A DNA stretch of 64,000 bases from the human T2T-CHM13v2.0 reference genome, Homo sapiens: assembly GCF_009914755.1 (NCBI RefSeq), contig NC_060938.1. One strand, 5' to 3'. The position numbers and the translations under genes are program-made. This document shows positions 1 through 14,879 of the stretch, piece after piece. Positions within the stretch are counted from its first letter, which is position 1; every line of letters begins with the position of its first letter. The notes under the pieces were generated by a model. The model had not been told where the DNA came from and did not search any database. It saw only the letters and a program-made list of their open reading frames with translations.

Positions 1-2849
1 GTGAGGGTGGCGGCTGTGATGGCACCGCATCAGAGCAGCTCCTCCACACCAGCGTCTTCTGGGGCTCAGAGAAGGGGTTGGACTTCCCAGAGAAGGGGTG
101 CAGGGCAGGGAAGAGTCCCCATGCCTATGAGGGAGAGGATCAGGGTGGGGTGATGGAGGATCCGTGGCTGGGCCCCCAGACCACAGGGAGGCTGTGCAGC
201 CATGTCAGAGGCGCTGGGGGATTGGGCGGCCGCGCGGTCCCCACCCCAGCTCAGACCCAGGGGCCTGTGTTCCAGAAGGTGCTCGGCCCCGGTGACCCCA
301 CAGGCCTTGCCTGCCTCCTTGTGGAATCAGCCCCAGCAGTGTTCGCCGGCCCAGGGTTGGGCTGGAACGGTGCCATGCGTGTGGGAGCAGCTTTCCCACG
401 GAGGGGCCGAGCCCTGTCAGCTGCTTGTCGGTGCCAGCACAGCCCGTCTGTCCTTGGTGGAGCTCTGAGGCGGCTCTCGCGTTAGATAAGACGTCTGAGC
501 TCTTGTGTGGCTTGGTAATGCTGTGGCCACCTCCAGTCTGCCTCCTTTTCGAGACTTCAGGCCCTCAGTTTATGCTCGCCAGGTAATTCCTGGTCTCGTT
601 TGGGGGCCCCCTCCTTCCCCCAGAAGGGAAAAGGGGGCTCTTCGTGGAGCGAAGGTCTTCTCTTACATCTCTTTTGAGGATTATTGTGCTTAGAACATGG
701 ATGATTCTTGGTCAATATTCAGCCGAGCCCTTAATCATCAGAAGCCAAAAGACCCTCCATCTCTCCCAAGAGGACCCCTTTGACTCCCACCGTTCCGTCG
801 CTGGTTCATTGAACCCACACCTGTTTCTGGTTCACCACCCGCCACCGAGGTCTCTGACAGCGAGGACCAAAGCGGGGTGTGCTTGTCACACCTTGTTTCA
901 TCCTTACCAAGGACCCCAGAGCACGAGGGTCTTGTTCTCATGAAGCTGAGGGAGGCGAGGCGTCCTGGGTCCCGCAGCCCCCAATGCGCTGCTGAAGGGC
1001 CTGCTGGGGAGCGGGTGGGCAGCACCGAGGGCCAGCTTTGAAAAAGGCTGTACCGGCTTACCAAATCCGGGGACCATTTTCGTGGCAAAAGTGTCCCTCA
1101 CTCTGTTAAAAGAATGCATGGTGACACAGATTTCCTTCAGAGCCAGGTCTGAATGTCTTCCCCTTGGACTGAAGTCCCTGCTGTTAGAGCGGGGGAGCCG
1201 GCGGCGATGGCGGCGTCCTCGTGCTGCGCTCGTGCCGGCGTCAGGGTCCCCCTGCCATCTGGAGTGAGCAGGAGGCGGCCAGGCCAGGCCTTCCCAGCTG
1301 AGGTTTGGGAGTTCCGTGCCTTTGGTGCTGAGGGTGAGCGTGTTCACGGTGACTTCGTCCCTTGGTCATGAGGAGGTTCGAGCTAGGAACCCCCTGCAAG
1401 TGGTCAACGCATCCGGCTTGCTGTTCTAAGTGGAGGCGGCAGGCACAGCTGGGACCCACGCCCCTCAGAAGCAGGCTCTGTGGTGGTCGGAGCAGGCACC
1501 TCACCAGGCCACGCTCCATTTGGGGCTGCTGAGAAGCTGGCTGTGGCCAGTCCTGAGGTCTCTGCAGCCCTCGGGAGCTTGGAGGCCCGGCTGGTTTTTC
1601 TAAGGAGTTGGCCGGGTGGCCATGGCTGCCCACAGTGGGGTGTGACCTTGGGCTTGTGGCCTCCTCAGTGAGGGCCTCCTGGCAGGGGCTGAGAGCCCAG
1701 CGTCAGTGGGGGGCTTCAGCATAGACCACCACATGTGTGTCTCTGGGTGCTTGGTAAATGCACCCTGTGCTTCGGTGACAAGTTTTTTTGTCTAGTCAAG
1801 TGAAGCAGTGGAAATGCAGGGAGCATCTTAAATCTGTTTTATTTCTAACTGATTTCAATTCCACCTTTACCCTTAGGCCGACCAAGCATCTGAGGTGCCG
1901 GGACAGTACCACCTTGCCATGGGGCTTCAGGCCTGCTGTGACCCCTTGGGGAAAGTGAGCCCCATGGCCACCTGCCCAGTTCCCAGGTCTTGTGCTGTCA
2001 GAATTCCTGGTGGGCCCTGAGCCCAGTCACCTTCCTGTTTCTGTCTACCTTTGTACATTCTGTGTGCATAGAACACTCTTGGCCAACAAAGTCCAGCCTT
2101 GTGAGCCCTGGCTTGTGAGTCTTACAGCTTCTCTGTGCCTGGGTCCTCCAGCTGAGGAAGCATCTTCAGGGCGTCCCCAGGCCTGGCGCCCGCCCCCGTG
2201 GCACACACCGGCCTGCGTGTGCTTCAGCTGCTTCCAGGGGTTCCCTCACAGGCGGGGGTCAGGGCACGCACGCCAGGACTCCAAGTAAACTAGAATAATA
2301 AGCTTTATGTCTCAGATACCTGGGCTTTTGCCGGCTGGCGCGCAGCCCCAGAATCAGCACCTCCCCATGCTCGCCTCGTTTGTGAAGTGGGTGCTAGCAC
2401 AGCCTTCCCTGGTTTAGGGGTTTAGGTTGGCTCTTGCTGTGGATTTCCTAGTCCCTTCGTGGCGTTGCTCTTTGGTTCCAGTAACAGGACCAGGGCTAAA
2501 AAGGCGTTGTTAAGGTGAACTGCTGTTGGGTCCAGTGTGGAGGGACCTGAAGTGCCAGGATGCATGCTCTGCTGCGAGACAGTCAAACCCCAAGCCCACC
2601 TCAGGCCCCATGGTTACGCTGGGTGCATCTCCCGCAGGCCTGGGAGCAGCCTGCACCCCACCGCATTGGCTCTGGAGCCTGGGCACAGGCGGCCAGTCCA
2701 CCGTCCTGCGTCACAACCCTGCCTGCCTCAGGCTGCTTGGGTGCGTGGGGAGGTGGCAGGGCCCAGCTTTCTCAGCAGCCCGTGGTCGTGCCCCAGCGAC
2801 GTGGTGAGTGACCAAGCTGGGTTTTAACGCTTTGTCGTGTCTTTCCTAG

Positions 2850-2900
2850 TGTCGGAGATGTATGCAGTGTGACGCCAAGTTTGACTTTCTCACCAGAAAG
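2850..2900 (+). CDS. ZFYVE21: ZFYVE21 coding exon 2 (CRRCMQCDAKFDFLTRK), first part of the FYVE domain
   Basis: Acceptor ttcctag|TGT and donor AAG|gtgagc; 51 nt, phase 0/0; joins the next exon to form the FYVE signature RKHHCRRCG. Confidence 0.95.
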
Positions 2901-2918
2901 GTGAGCTGAGGCCGCTGA

Positions 2919-3598
<680 letters not shown>

Positions 3599-3632
3599 TG
3601 ATTTTGAAAAAAGGGCCTCATTTCCCAGGTGA

Positions 3633-4082
<450 letters not shown>

Positions 4083-4928
4083 TGACGTTCTCTCGCCCTC
4101 CCTCCCTTCCCCGTTTTCTTCTGGATTCGTTTAGAAGCGGTTATAGAGCCTTCCCTTCTTTTCAGAGGCGGAATGTCGTCTAAAATGTTGGTGCTGACTC
4201 CGCTGGGCACGTCCATCAGGTGGGAGGGGAGGCCCTGGGCCCAGGCAGCACCTTCCTCCTTCCCCCGGGTGGAACCCGGCGCCGGCGCTCGGGCGTTTGC
4301 AACCACTGTGGCTCCTCGGAGGGGCCGGAGACCTTTGCCCAATAGCACGATGCAGACCCGGTTTTGAGCCATCTCTGGGGACCTGGTGTGGGAGAAGGGC
4401 ATTCTCCAGGGGCATAGGGTGTGCCTCCCTGGAATCTGAACAACGAGCAGCGCCTTCTCCCCACTGTCCGTCCACCTCTGGCCACTGCCGTCCCAGCCTC
4501 CTGTCCCCTGCCTGCCCGCCGTGGGGTCTGGGACCACCTGCCTTCCTGCCCACAGCTCCATCCTGTGTGAAACGGGCATGGTCCCTGGCTGGACGGTGGG
4601 CTTTGTTGTGCCTCCTTTCTGCTGTCTTGGTCCTGTCCTGCCAGCTCTTAGGACGTGTGAGCAGAGTGGTTTATTGTTCTTTGATCTGGACCTTGGTGAT
4701 GAATTCCCTGCATCGTTTGAAGGATGTAAAAGAATTTCTAGGAGCTTTGTAAGCAAGCAGAACCTGTCTAGAGCAGCGCCTTTGGGTTTACCTCTTAAAC
4801 CCTTGATCCATGACTGCCTTTTTGCTCAGCTGAAGGGGTCCTTAGAACAAAGCTGTGGTTTGTTTCTTGCTGTTTTTACTCTGTCCTCTGTGCGTGCGTC
4901 TCCTACTGGTACTCGTGGGAAGGGTTAG

Positions 4929-5054
<126 letters not shown>

Positions 5055-5155
5055 TAAGAGCCGGATCCTGCTTGGCACGGGGCAGCATTGTCACAGACCG
5101 GGAGCCTCGGTGGCACTGAGCCTGAGAATGACCCGATTTGGACACTTTTATTTGA

Positions 5156-5275
<120 letters not shown>

Positions 5276-5862
5276 TAAGCCAGGAGGGTTTGGTGCCATG
5301 CGTGGGTGACAAGAGGAGCATGCACTTTTGGGATCAGGCAGCCGCCCTGAGGAGTGGGGTCTGCTGGGTTTCCAGGACAATCTGCCTTTCCTCTTTTGCG
5401 GGGCGTGTATTTACTCAGTGGCTTTAGAACTCGCCAGGTGAGTGGAGACTTAAACTGTAAGACAACAAAGGGACATTTGCCTCAGCATGTCATAATGATT
5501 TCCTCTGCTCTAAATGCTCTAACGTATCATTCGGTTTATTGTTGGATTCAAACCAAGGATAAAGCCCCAAATGCAATAACTGAGATCCCCAAAAAGGTCT
5601 GAATGGTGGCTCATCGGGAGCCAGCACTTCAGCCCTCCTCCTGCAGGCGTCTGTGCAGACTAAACCCCTGGTGCATTTCCTGGTGAGCTTTGGCCCATCC
5701 TGGGCCTCTCCACTAAACTCTGCTGACGGGGAGCTCGCATCCCGTTATCTGCAAACTGTGCTGACAGATGCGTGTGCCGTAACCCATGTTGCTTTCCTTC
5801 CGTTCTCTCACCGGCTCTTGGTTGCTCCTTCTCGCCACTGCCTGCCCACCTTCTTGCCATAG

Positions 5863-5916
5863 AAAAAGACATTCACGCTTACACCAGCCTCCGGGGGAGC
5901 CAGCCTGCCTCTGAAG
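5863..5916 (+). CDS. ZFYVE21: ZFYVE21 alternative 54-nt cassette exon (EKDIHAYTSLRGSQPASE)
   Basis: Long pyrimidine tract then ccatag|AAA; donor GAAG|gtcagc; symmetric phase 1/1, 18 codons; matches my recall of the longer ZFYVE21 isoform. Confidence 0.8.
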
Positions 5917-7012
5917 GTCAGCCTCTTCCTCCTCACCGGGGCTCCCCGCATGCAGCGGGCCCGTTCCTCCCCTCGCCACCTGGCTTCTGTCCACGGGGTG
6001 GTCCATGCCAAGGTTCTTTGTGAAACCTGAATTCACTTACTTTGGTTGACTTAAGAGAGATGTTGGATCTGATAAGTGGGTTTATAAAGCATAAATGAAG
6101 ATACCGCAGCAGATGTACTTTCTCAGTTCTGTCTCAGGGGGAGGGTTACCCAGCAATTGACAGCTCTCTGTCAGTACCTGCCAGCCCTGAACAGGCTGAG
6201 GCCAGGGGGCGTGGGGGCTCACCTGCCCTTGGGAGCCTCTGCCAACACTGCCCTTCCCCCCGAGGCCTGCTGCTCCCCAGCTCAGTGTGGCCTCCTGGGA
6301 CCCCTGACTCTCCTGGCACTTCTGTCAGCCTCCTGGATGATGAGGTGAGATGCCCAGGCCAGTGTTCTGTCCTGAGCTCAGGGATGTGTGTGGAGCCGGG
6401 ATGGCATCAAGCTGGTTGCCTTGAGCAGGCTGCAAGGTATAGATGCCCAGGTGCAAAGGGTAGGGTCTGGAGAAGCGGGGGTCACCCCAGGCACCCCTCT
6501 CTGCCTGCCTCCTCCTGGGGAGCCTGAGGCTCAGATGAAGGCCAGTGTTTAGGGGCATCAGATGAAGGCCAGTGCCTCAGGAGGCCAGGGCAACACAGCC
6601 TCCCGGACTGCTCTCCCGGGCAGACCCTCCCCAGGGCTTCTGGCACTGTGTCCCCCTTGTGGTGGCTTGGGGGGTGCAGTGAGCCCCGCTCTGCCCAGTC
6701 TCAGTAGAGCCCTTCAGACCCCAGCACCCTGTCTTCCGGTGGGGGTGGGGACAATAGGAACAGTCCCCTGACCTGAAGGCAGCCAAGGGGCCGCCTGCCA
6801 GCCTGGGCCCTGTAGGGCAGGCCACACACTCATTCTTTCAAGGCCAGATAGTAAACCTTTGCCAGCCACGTGTGCTGTGGTGAAGGCGGAGGCGGCTGCA
6901 GAAGACAGGGTGACAGACGGCCATGGCTATGATCCAGTGGTGCTTTATCAGGCAAATGCAGGCGGTAGGCAGAGCCATGGTCGCCCTGCTCTAGAGCCTA
7001 GGCAGGACGTTA

Positions 7013-7688
<676 letters not shown>

Positions 7689-8422
7689 TGTGGTTCCGGG
7701 GCCTCCCAGGGGACAGCGTGTCATAGGTTGCTCAGGCCTCCAAGCACGGTCGGTGGGCCTCCGACTGCAGCCTTGGTGCCCACTCCACCAACCGGCAGAA
7801 GAGCCGGCCCTGAGTGCTGATGGGGGGATGTGTGTCTGATGGAGGGGTCTCCTGAGAGGTCAGTGATTGCCTACGATGGGGCTTCCCTCCCAAGTCATCA
7901 AGTTCATGGGAGGCTGCATCCCATGGGTCTCTTTCAACACCAGCCCTGACTGAAGAGCTGCTCTCTTCAGCAGTGTATTGTCGGAGCGAGTGCTGGAATT
8001 GAGTCATTGTCACTGGAACAGCTGGTCACCGCCCAAAGACGGGGAGCCTGGGTCCCAGAGACCAGTCCCCAACATGGGTGCTGGGTCTGGGGAGATGGCC
8101 CGTGACCAGGCTGGGGTGGCATTTCCCTGACACTGGGCCTTTGTAGTGACAATCCCCTCTGTGCTGACGCCGCTTCTCAACGGTGGGATGGCTGAGGCCT
8201 CTGACTCCTGGGTGAGGCCAGCTGTGTCCCTGACCATCTGCTTGGCCTGTCAGTGGCCAGGGCACTCTCGAGGTGGCCTCCACTCTTCCCCCAGCCCTGG
8301 GTGCAGGTGGGCACCTCTGCAGGAGCCAGTCTTGTCTGGAGGTTCTCTGAAGGCAGGAACCCCCACAGGCCCCAGGGCATAGCAGCGCCTCAATTAGCCG
8401 AGAGCAAGGCCTCTCGTGGTGA

Positions 8423-8869
<447 letters not shown>

Positions 8870-9050
8870 TAGACAAAAGCTTGCCTTTCCCAGAGGAAGC
8901 TCTGTGTCCTGCCATTTGCCCCCTATCCCCACAACCTGTTCCCCCTCAGCTGGGGTGCCCACGCCATCTCCCCTGAAATGCACACAGGCTTGGCTCCACC
9001 AGGCACAGGACCAAGCAGGCCTCACTGTGTTGATCTTGTCTGATCTGCAG

Positions 9051-9086
9051 GCTGCCAAGCTCCTCTATGAATCTCGGGACCAGTAA
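9051..9086 (+). CDS. ZFYVE21: ZFYVE21 last coding exon (AAKLLYESRDQ*)
   Basis: ctgcag|GCT; TAA at 9084-9086. Confidence 0.94.
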   Translation, partial: AAKLLYESRDQ

Positions 9087-9735
9087 TTCTACGTGGGGCT
9101 GAGCTTGGAGTACGTGTGGTCACCAGGACTGAGTCGCTTGGAACAGCAGAGCCTGCTCCTTGCGTACCACAGGGATTAATCCTGCTTGTGCTGGGAAATG
9201 CAACTCACTCATGTATTTGGAGAAACAGGAGTGTTCACTTATCTAGTGCAATATGTTCACAGTTTATTAATGCTTTAAACAGCTTCATGTTTTAGAATTT
9301 GTGTATTGTCAATACTTAATTGGGGTGGGAGAGACTGAGCTACACTACTGCTAAACTATTTTTAGCATAATATATACCATTTTTATGAGTTCGCAGGTCT
9401 ACTAGAAGGTTCTGGCCCATCAATATTCATTTCATTTAATTCTTCCACAGAACCAGTTTGGGCAGTAGGAACTCAGGCTTCTGGTCTGCAGTGGAGCCTG
9501 TTCGCCTCTAATAGCCAGTTTACAGCACTTGCCTTAGCCTGTTTCACAGACTTGTCCACTTACCTTGTCACTAATTTGGGGCTTCTGGGCTGTGAGTGAT
9601 CCTTTGATACTTCACCAAGGGGAACGTGGGGGCTTTGTGTTTTGTACTTTTCACTCACTATTTCACTTTATTAAGATGACTGTACAGCAATTTGTATATA
9701 AAGCTTATGATTAAAAACTATTTTGAACATACGGA
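9087..9735 (+). other. ZFYVE21: ZFYVE21 3'UTR (end approximate)
   Basis: AU-rich sequence after the stop codon, leading to ATTAAA at 9710-9715. Confidence 0.75.
9710..9715 (+). terminator. ZFYVE21: Probable ZFYVE21 polyadenylation signal ATTAAA
   Basis: ATTAAA preceded by TGTA (CFIm-type) elements at about 9681 and 9693. Confidence 0.7.
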
Positions 9736-9814
9736 CAAGGCCTCGCCTTCCTGTGTCCAGATCACCTGAACCCTCGTGCCACAGCGCAGTCTGGGTCCAG
9801 AAAGAAGACTCACA

Positions 9815-11220
9815 GCCGCCGGGGTGAGACGGGTTTATTGTGCACATTTACACAGCGTCAGCAGCGTCTGGGCTGGCAGCGGCCATGCTCCTGTGGTCGG
9901 GCTGCTCTACAAGGGCGTTCACTTTTCTTCACCACACTATGTACAGTCAGTGCTCCAAGGTGATGGGCTACAGTGCTGCATCAGTGAGTCTGTACACACA
10001 TTTTTACATAAATTACACACGACTCATACATGAAAAATAGAGCCTAAGGGCCTGTATTTTAATGAGAAAAAAAAAATTTCCAACATAGTTCGGGTAGCTT
10101 TGAATGGTCTAGTCAAAAAATACTTTTGGTATATAAAAAGCCTGTACGTACAATTCACACCTCAGTGAAGCGCCCTCCTTGCCTTGAGGCTGGGCCTGGG
10201 ACAAAGGTGGCCTCACAGCCAGCCCAGGCAGGGAGATCGGCAGAGAGGGGTGGCCCCTGACCCCAGCTCCTCTGCCCCAGCTGCTGCTCCTTGGTGGCGG
10301 CCCCTCCTGACACCAGGCGTCTGCCATCCTTCAGGCACCAAACAGCCCCGTCTACCTGGCCCTGGTCTGCCCTCACACCAGTCCACCCCCAGCCCCAACC
10401 CCAACCACCCTCCGCTGCCACGGCCTCCAGCACCTGACTCCATTCAGGGAACTGAATTTGAGCTTGCAGGGGTGAGAACCACACTGAGCAGCATGACAGG
10501 CTGTGAGATCGGAGGAGAAGAGTATATGCTGAGGCTCTCCCAGTTGTCACTTGGTCTTAGGGGTCCTGGTGCCCGTGGCGCGGCAGTCCAGCCACAGTGC
10601 TGGGCCTGCACAATCAGCCTTTAGGTGAACTGGAACAGGAAGCGGAACCCCCAAGGCGGCCGAGCAGAGTGGGTACTGGGAGGCATACACACTGGGCAGC
10701 AACACTGGACATGTTTCCATACAGAGGCTCCTTTGGTGATGAAGGGAAGAAGGATCATGTGTGGGAAGTGTGAGAAAGGATGAGTGTCCGATTCGGTGAC
10801 GGGGGGCAGGGCGGTCGCAGGGGAGCAGGCCTCACAGCGGCGGACAGTGTTCACTGCTGGAGGGGGTGATGGCCTCGGGGCCAAGTCAGTAAGAGCTTCT
10901 GTCTTCACTGGCAACCAACCGGGGGTTATGGGACTTCTTAATGGCAAGAGGGGTGGGTGTTTTGAAAGTGGGTATTTATTTGGATTTATAGTAATTGGCA
11001 AAATTCAGTCCTTGGAGGCGAAAGTACCTCTCCCAGTTAATGGGCAAACTGGAGAAAGGGCCTCACCTGGAAACTGTAGGATTCACATTGTGGACGCTGT
11101 CTGCTAAAGTGAGCACCATTAAGACCATTTTCTAGCTGCAGCTTTCCTGGAAAACAGCACAATAATCTCTTAAGTGGCTCCTGGTAGCTGGCAAGACCAT
11201 GCGGTGCTCCAAAAGGAAGT
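9815..11220 (-). other. PPP1R13B: PPP1R13B 3'UTR (distal end approximate, possibly longer)
   Basis: Lies between the TGA at 11221-11223 and the - strand AATAAA at 9834-9839. Confidence 0.75.
9834..9839 (-). terminator. PPP1R13B: Probable PPP1R13B polyadenylation signal AATAAA
   Basis: tttatt on + strand; on the - strand it is preceded by TGTAAATGTGCAC. Confidence 0.75.
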
Positions 11221-11262
11221 TCAGGCGAGTGTTCGCTGTCGGGGTTTGATCCGTGGATACAG
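11221..11262 (-). CDS. PPP1R13B: PPP1R13B/ASPP1 exon 17, coding part (LYPRIKPRQRTLA*)
   Basis: ttcccag|CTG TAT CCA CGG ... GCC TGA; matches the ASPP-family C-terminus. Confidence 0.95.
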   Translation of the reverse strand: MYPRIKPRQRTLA

Positions 11263-12069
11263 CTGGGAAGCAACGGAGCCGCGTCAGGACAGGAAGCCAC
11301 ACACAGGGAGCAGGGCCAGCCAGACCCGACCCCTGCTCCTCACCTCAGCCACCCTGGACAGCCGTGCAGCACCCTTGTCCCTCAGGCCTACGCTCAGCTG
11401 CACCTCTACACTGAGACCCACCCAGCCCTCTTTAAAATGTGCCTTGTACCCCCAGAATATCCTATTTTTCTCACAACACTTCATGCCACCTAAAGACTTG
11501 TGACTGCCTGTGGCTCTCAAGGTCATAAGCTCCCCTGGGCAAGGGTCTCTGCCTGGCTCCCTGCTGTGTTTGCCTGGCCAAGAACGTTGGCTCAACAGGA
11601 AGCCCCTGGCAGCTCTGCAGGGCACAAAGAGAGCAGAGGCAGCTCCCTCTGCCAGAGGACTGAGGGAATCACAAGTCCAACACAGAGCTAGCAGCCTGCA
11701 CGTTCCCACCTCTCCCTCCACTGGAGAAATTTCTAGGCTGCAGAGATTTCTAGATTGGGGAAAGTGTGGGTGGGCTGAGCCGGGCCACTTGGTGAAGTTC
11801 ATCATGAACCGAGCTCATTGAGCGGCCCCTCACTGGGGCACTCAGCCTCCGCACGGGCCTCCATGGCATAAGCATGGCTGGGGGAACCTCCTGGGGCCCT
11901 GCCTGAGCCTCATGCCAGCTCTGCCAAGTAGGCACCTCCCCCTCTACAGAGGGGGCTGCTGAGGCTCAGAGAAGCGAAGCCTCCCTCCCCAGCCCCACAG
12001 CAGGATAGGACCGCATGCTGTACAGAGACACGGACAGCTAGTTTCCCAGTAAGTAACCTGAGTGCTCAC

Positions 12070-12269
12070 CCCCAGCAGGTTTTTGGGCACATAGCCCTCC
12101 CGGTCTCCAAGGCGAGCCCACCACCACTCAGTCTCGCTTTCGTCCTTGCGCCTCAGGATGGTGAGGGCGTCCCCTTCGTGGAAGGACAGCTCGTCACTGT
12201 TCTGGGCCTCGTAGTCCCACAGAGCATACGCCACACCTTTGTTCATCACACCCAGCTTTTCCTGCACCC
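12070..12269 (-). CDS. PPP1R13B: PPP1R13B exon 16, SH3 domain ([33 protein letters not shown]...[19 protein letters not shown])
   Basis: ccag|GG ... GGG|gtgagc; 200 nt; SH3 motifs ALWDY, WW and GYVPxN. Confidence 0.97.
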
Positions 12270-13349
12270 CTGGAGCCAGAGAGCAATGGTCAGGCCTCAG
12301 CAGAGGGTGGCCTGCAGCAAGGGACCCTGCTCGAGGAACAGGACACAGTCGTGCTGCTGCCGAGGCTGCTCTCAGCAGGCCCCACAGAGGCCAGCGAGGG
12401 AGATGAGACACTATTGAAGACTAGGGCCCCCACCCGATACCTCCCCTGCCCGGCCCAGCTGCTGCTCCTGCTGCCGGCCCTTTCTAAGTCCTGCAGGACA
12501 GACAGGACAAACGAGCTCCTGAGCCCCAGGGCAAGAGTGTGCTGTTCTTAAGGTGACGCTTAGCAATCACAGCCAGAACAGATTTCTAAAGTCACTAGCT
12601 AGAGCAGCTGTGACTGCTCTTGGATGGTAATGAACAAACTACACACAACTGAGCCCTGACTGAGCAGCTACTTGTGGGTTCCCAAGAAAGGGCCCTTCTG
12701 TGGGACACTCTGCTTCTGAGACCCAGTTGTGGTGACCATGGGGAGCTTCCCTTCCCTGTGGTGGTGCCACTGTGACGGCAGCCTCCTCCTCACACTGGCG
12801 GGACTCACCTGGGGGCTGCTGTGCCTCCCCTAGCCCTGCCACACAGCCTGAGAGTTTGTTGCTTGGCTCTGTTGTGGGAGCTTGGGCCAAAGAGGGCATC
12901 ACATGGCTGTTTTCATGGATAATTTCAAACCTAGAGTCCAGTGTAGGGCACATAGTATGTTCTCAAGTAATGTGTGGAATAAATGACTTGTGACTGTTTA
13001 ATACTCAGAATAGAGAAGATGTTCCAGCTCTTGGAAAATGCGGCCCTGGCTAAAGCAGCTTAATTAGGACATGAGCCTCATTCATCAAATGTTTCCGGGG
13101 AATGGCCAGGGCCCCAGGCCACCCCAGGAAAGGAGCTGGCCCTGCTTCCAGAAGCAAGGGTACAGAACATCTATGCAAAGCACAGCCAAGTCATTTTGTT
13201 TTCTTGGGAATCTGGCACAGAATCCTTCTAACAACATGGACTTTCAAACATGTTTTCAGGAATGAAAACAAGGGGCAGTGTGACCTTCACTCGAGTGAGA
13301 CATCCTGGCTGCCCCTGAAGAAGGTGGAACAGCTCGAGAATGCTGTGCT

Positions 13350-13665
<316 letters not shown>

Positions 13666-13760
13666 AAACTGTGCTGAAGCTTCTCTGGCACCGGCTGACT
13701 GTTGCCATGGCAGTACCACAGCAGACAGCACCACTGTGGCCCCAGGCCTCCCCTGCGTAC

Positions 13761-13927
13761 CATATAGAAACTGGGAGCACTGGATGTAGCCTTCCTCCAT
13801 CTCCTCACACTTGTCTGCAGCAGTTTCAATGTCGCTTATGGTTGAGGCAAAAATGGCGGCACCACTCTCCACCAGCTGTTTGCAGAGGTGAACGCTGTTA
13901 CAAGAGGCAGCGCAGTGCAGCGGCGTC
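13761..13927 (-). CDS. PPP1R13B: PPP1R13B exon 15, ankyrin repeats ([23 protein letters not shown]...SQFLY)
   Basis: ttccag|G ... G|gtacgc; 167 nt; TPLH ankyrin motif. Confidence 0.96.
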
Positions 13928-14745
13928 CTGGAATAGAGCGTGGGTGAAGGTGCAGGCCTGGCACTGCCTGTCCTGTAGGACGTGGCCCTCAGAGATTTCC
14001 CTCTAAGGAATCTCGCGGAAGGCGTTCACCTTTGTGCCATCAAGTCTCAGTGTTGTTTCTTTAAAGGCAGGATTTCCATGAGCCAATTGTTTCAGACCAT
14101 ACATACATTTTGAAAAGGGGGCACAGGGAATGGGTTAAGAAATGGCCAATCCACAGATGTTCACGCCACACTGCATGGTGATGTGAATGTACATAACACA
14201 CTGAAACACACATTTAAAAATAGCTAAGATGTGAAATTTTATGTTATGTGTATTTTACCACGATTCAAATGCAGCACAATGTCAGCTGTCTGAAAGTTCA
14301 AAATAACCCCCACAGGAGACCAACACGCCTCGCCCAGCAGCAGAGCTCCCGAAGGCAAACGGAATGAACAATGCGACAACCTACATGCCTGACCCAGGGG
14401 GATGCTGAGGCTGCTTTTCACACGGAGCACAGAGTGTGAAGAGTCCATACGGAACATATGAGAAGGGGAAGATGGAATGATTCACAGAATGCTTAGACTG
14501 CAATGTTAATGACGAGGCACAGAAAGAGCATAACCACAGCCACGTTTTTAACAAAATCATCAAGAGAAAAGGCTGGAAAAAAAGGCAAGGAAACCCTGGC
14601 AACAGCTGTCTTTCAAGGATGAAATGATGGGTGTTCTTGCTCTAATTCTCTCTTCCGTGCTTCCTAATTGTCTAGAACACGCCTGTTTTCCTTATGCAAA
14701 GCAGGGAAAGTAAATCTGTCCACCCCACACTCCTACGGGCCTCAC

Positions 14746-14879
14746 CATCCATCACTATCAGCAGCATTCACGTTGACACCAAAATCCAGCAGGAACTTCA
14801 CGATGTGATGGTGGCCGGCGCAGACGGCGTTGTGCAGTGGGGTGATCCCTTCGTCGTTGGGCTTGCTGGGATCTTCCAC
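14746..14879 (-). CDS. PPP1R13B: PPP1R13B exon 14, ankyrin repeat ([44 protein letters not shown])
   Basis: cctag|GTG ... TG|gtgagg; 134 nt. Confidence 0.96.

Noticed and set aside
1-2800. Possible extra exons or enhancers in ZFYVE21 intron 1; scattered AP-1 and E-box motifs here and elsewhere
   Set aside because: Short motifs occur at chance frequency and cannot be supported without conservation or chromatin data.
6531-6574. 17-bp direct repeat tcagatgaaggccagtg
   Set aside because: Isolated small intronic duplication with no other supporting structure.
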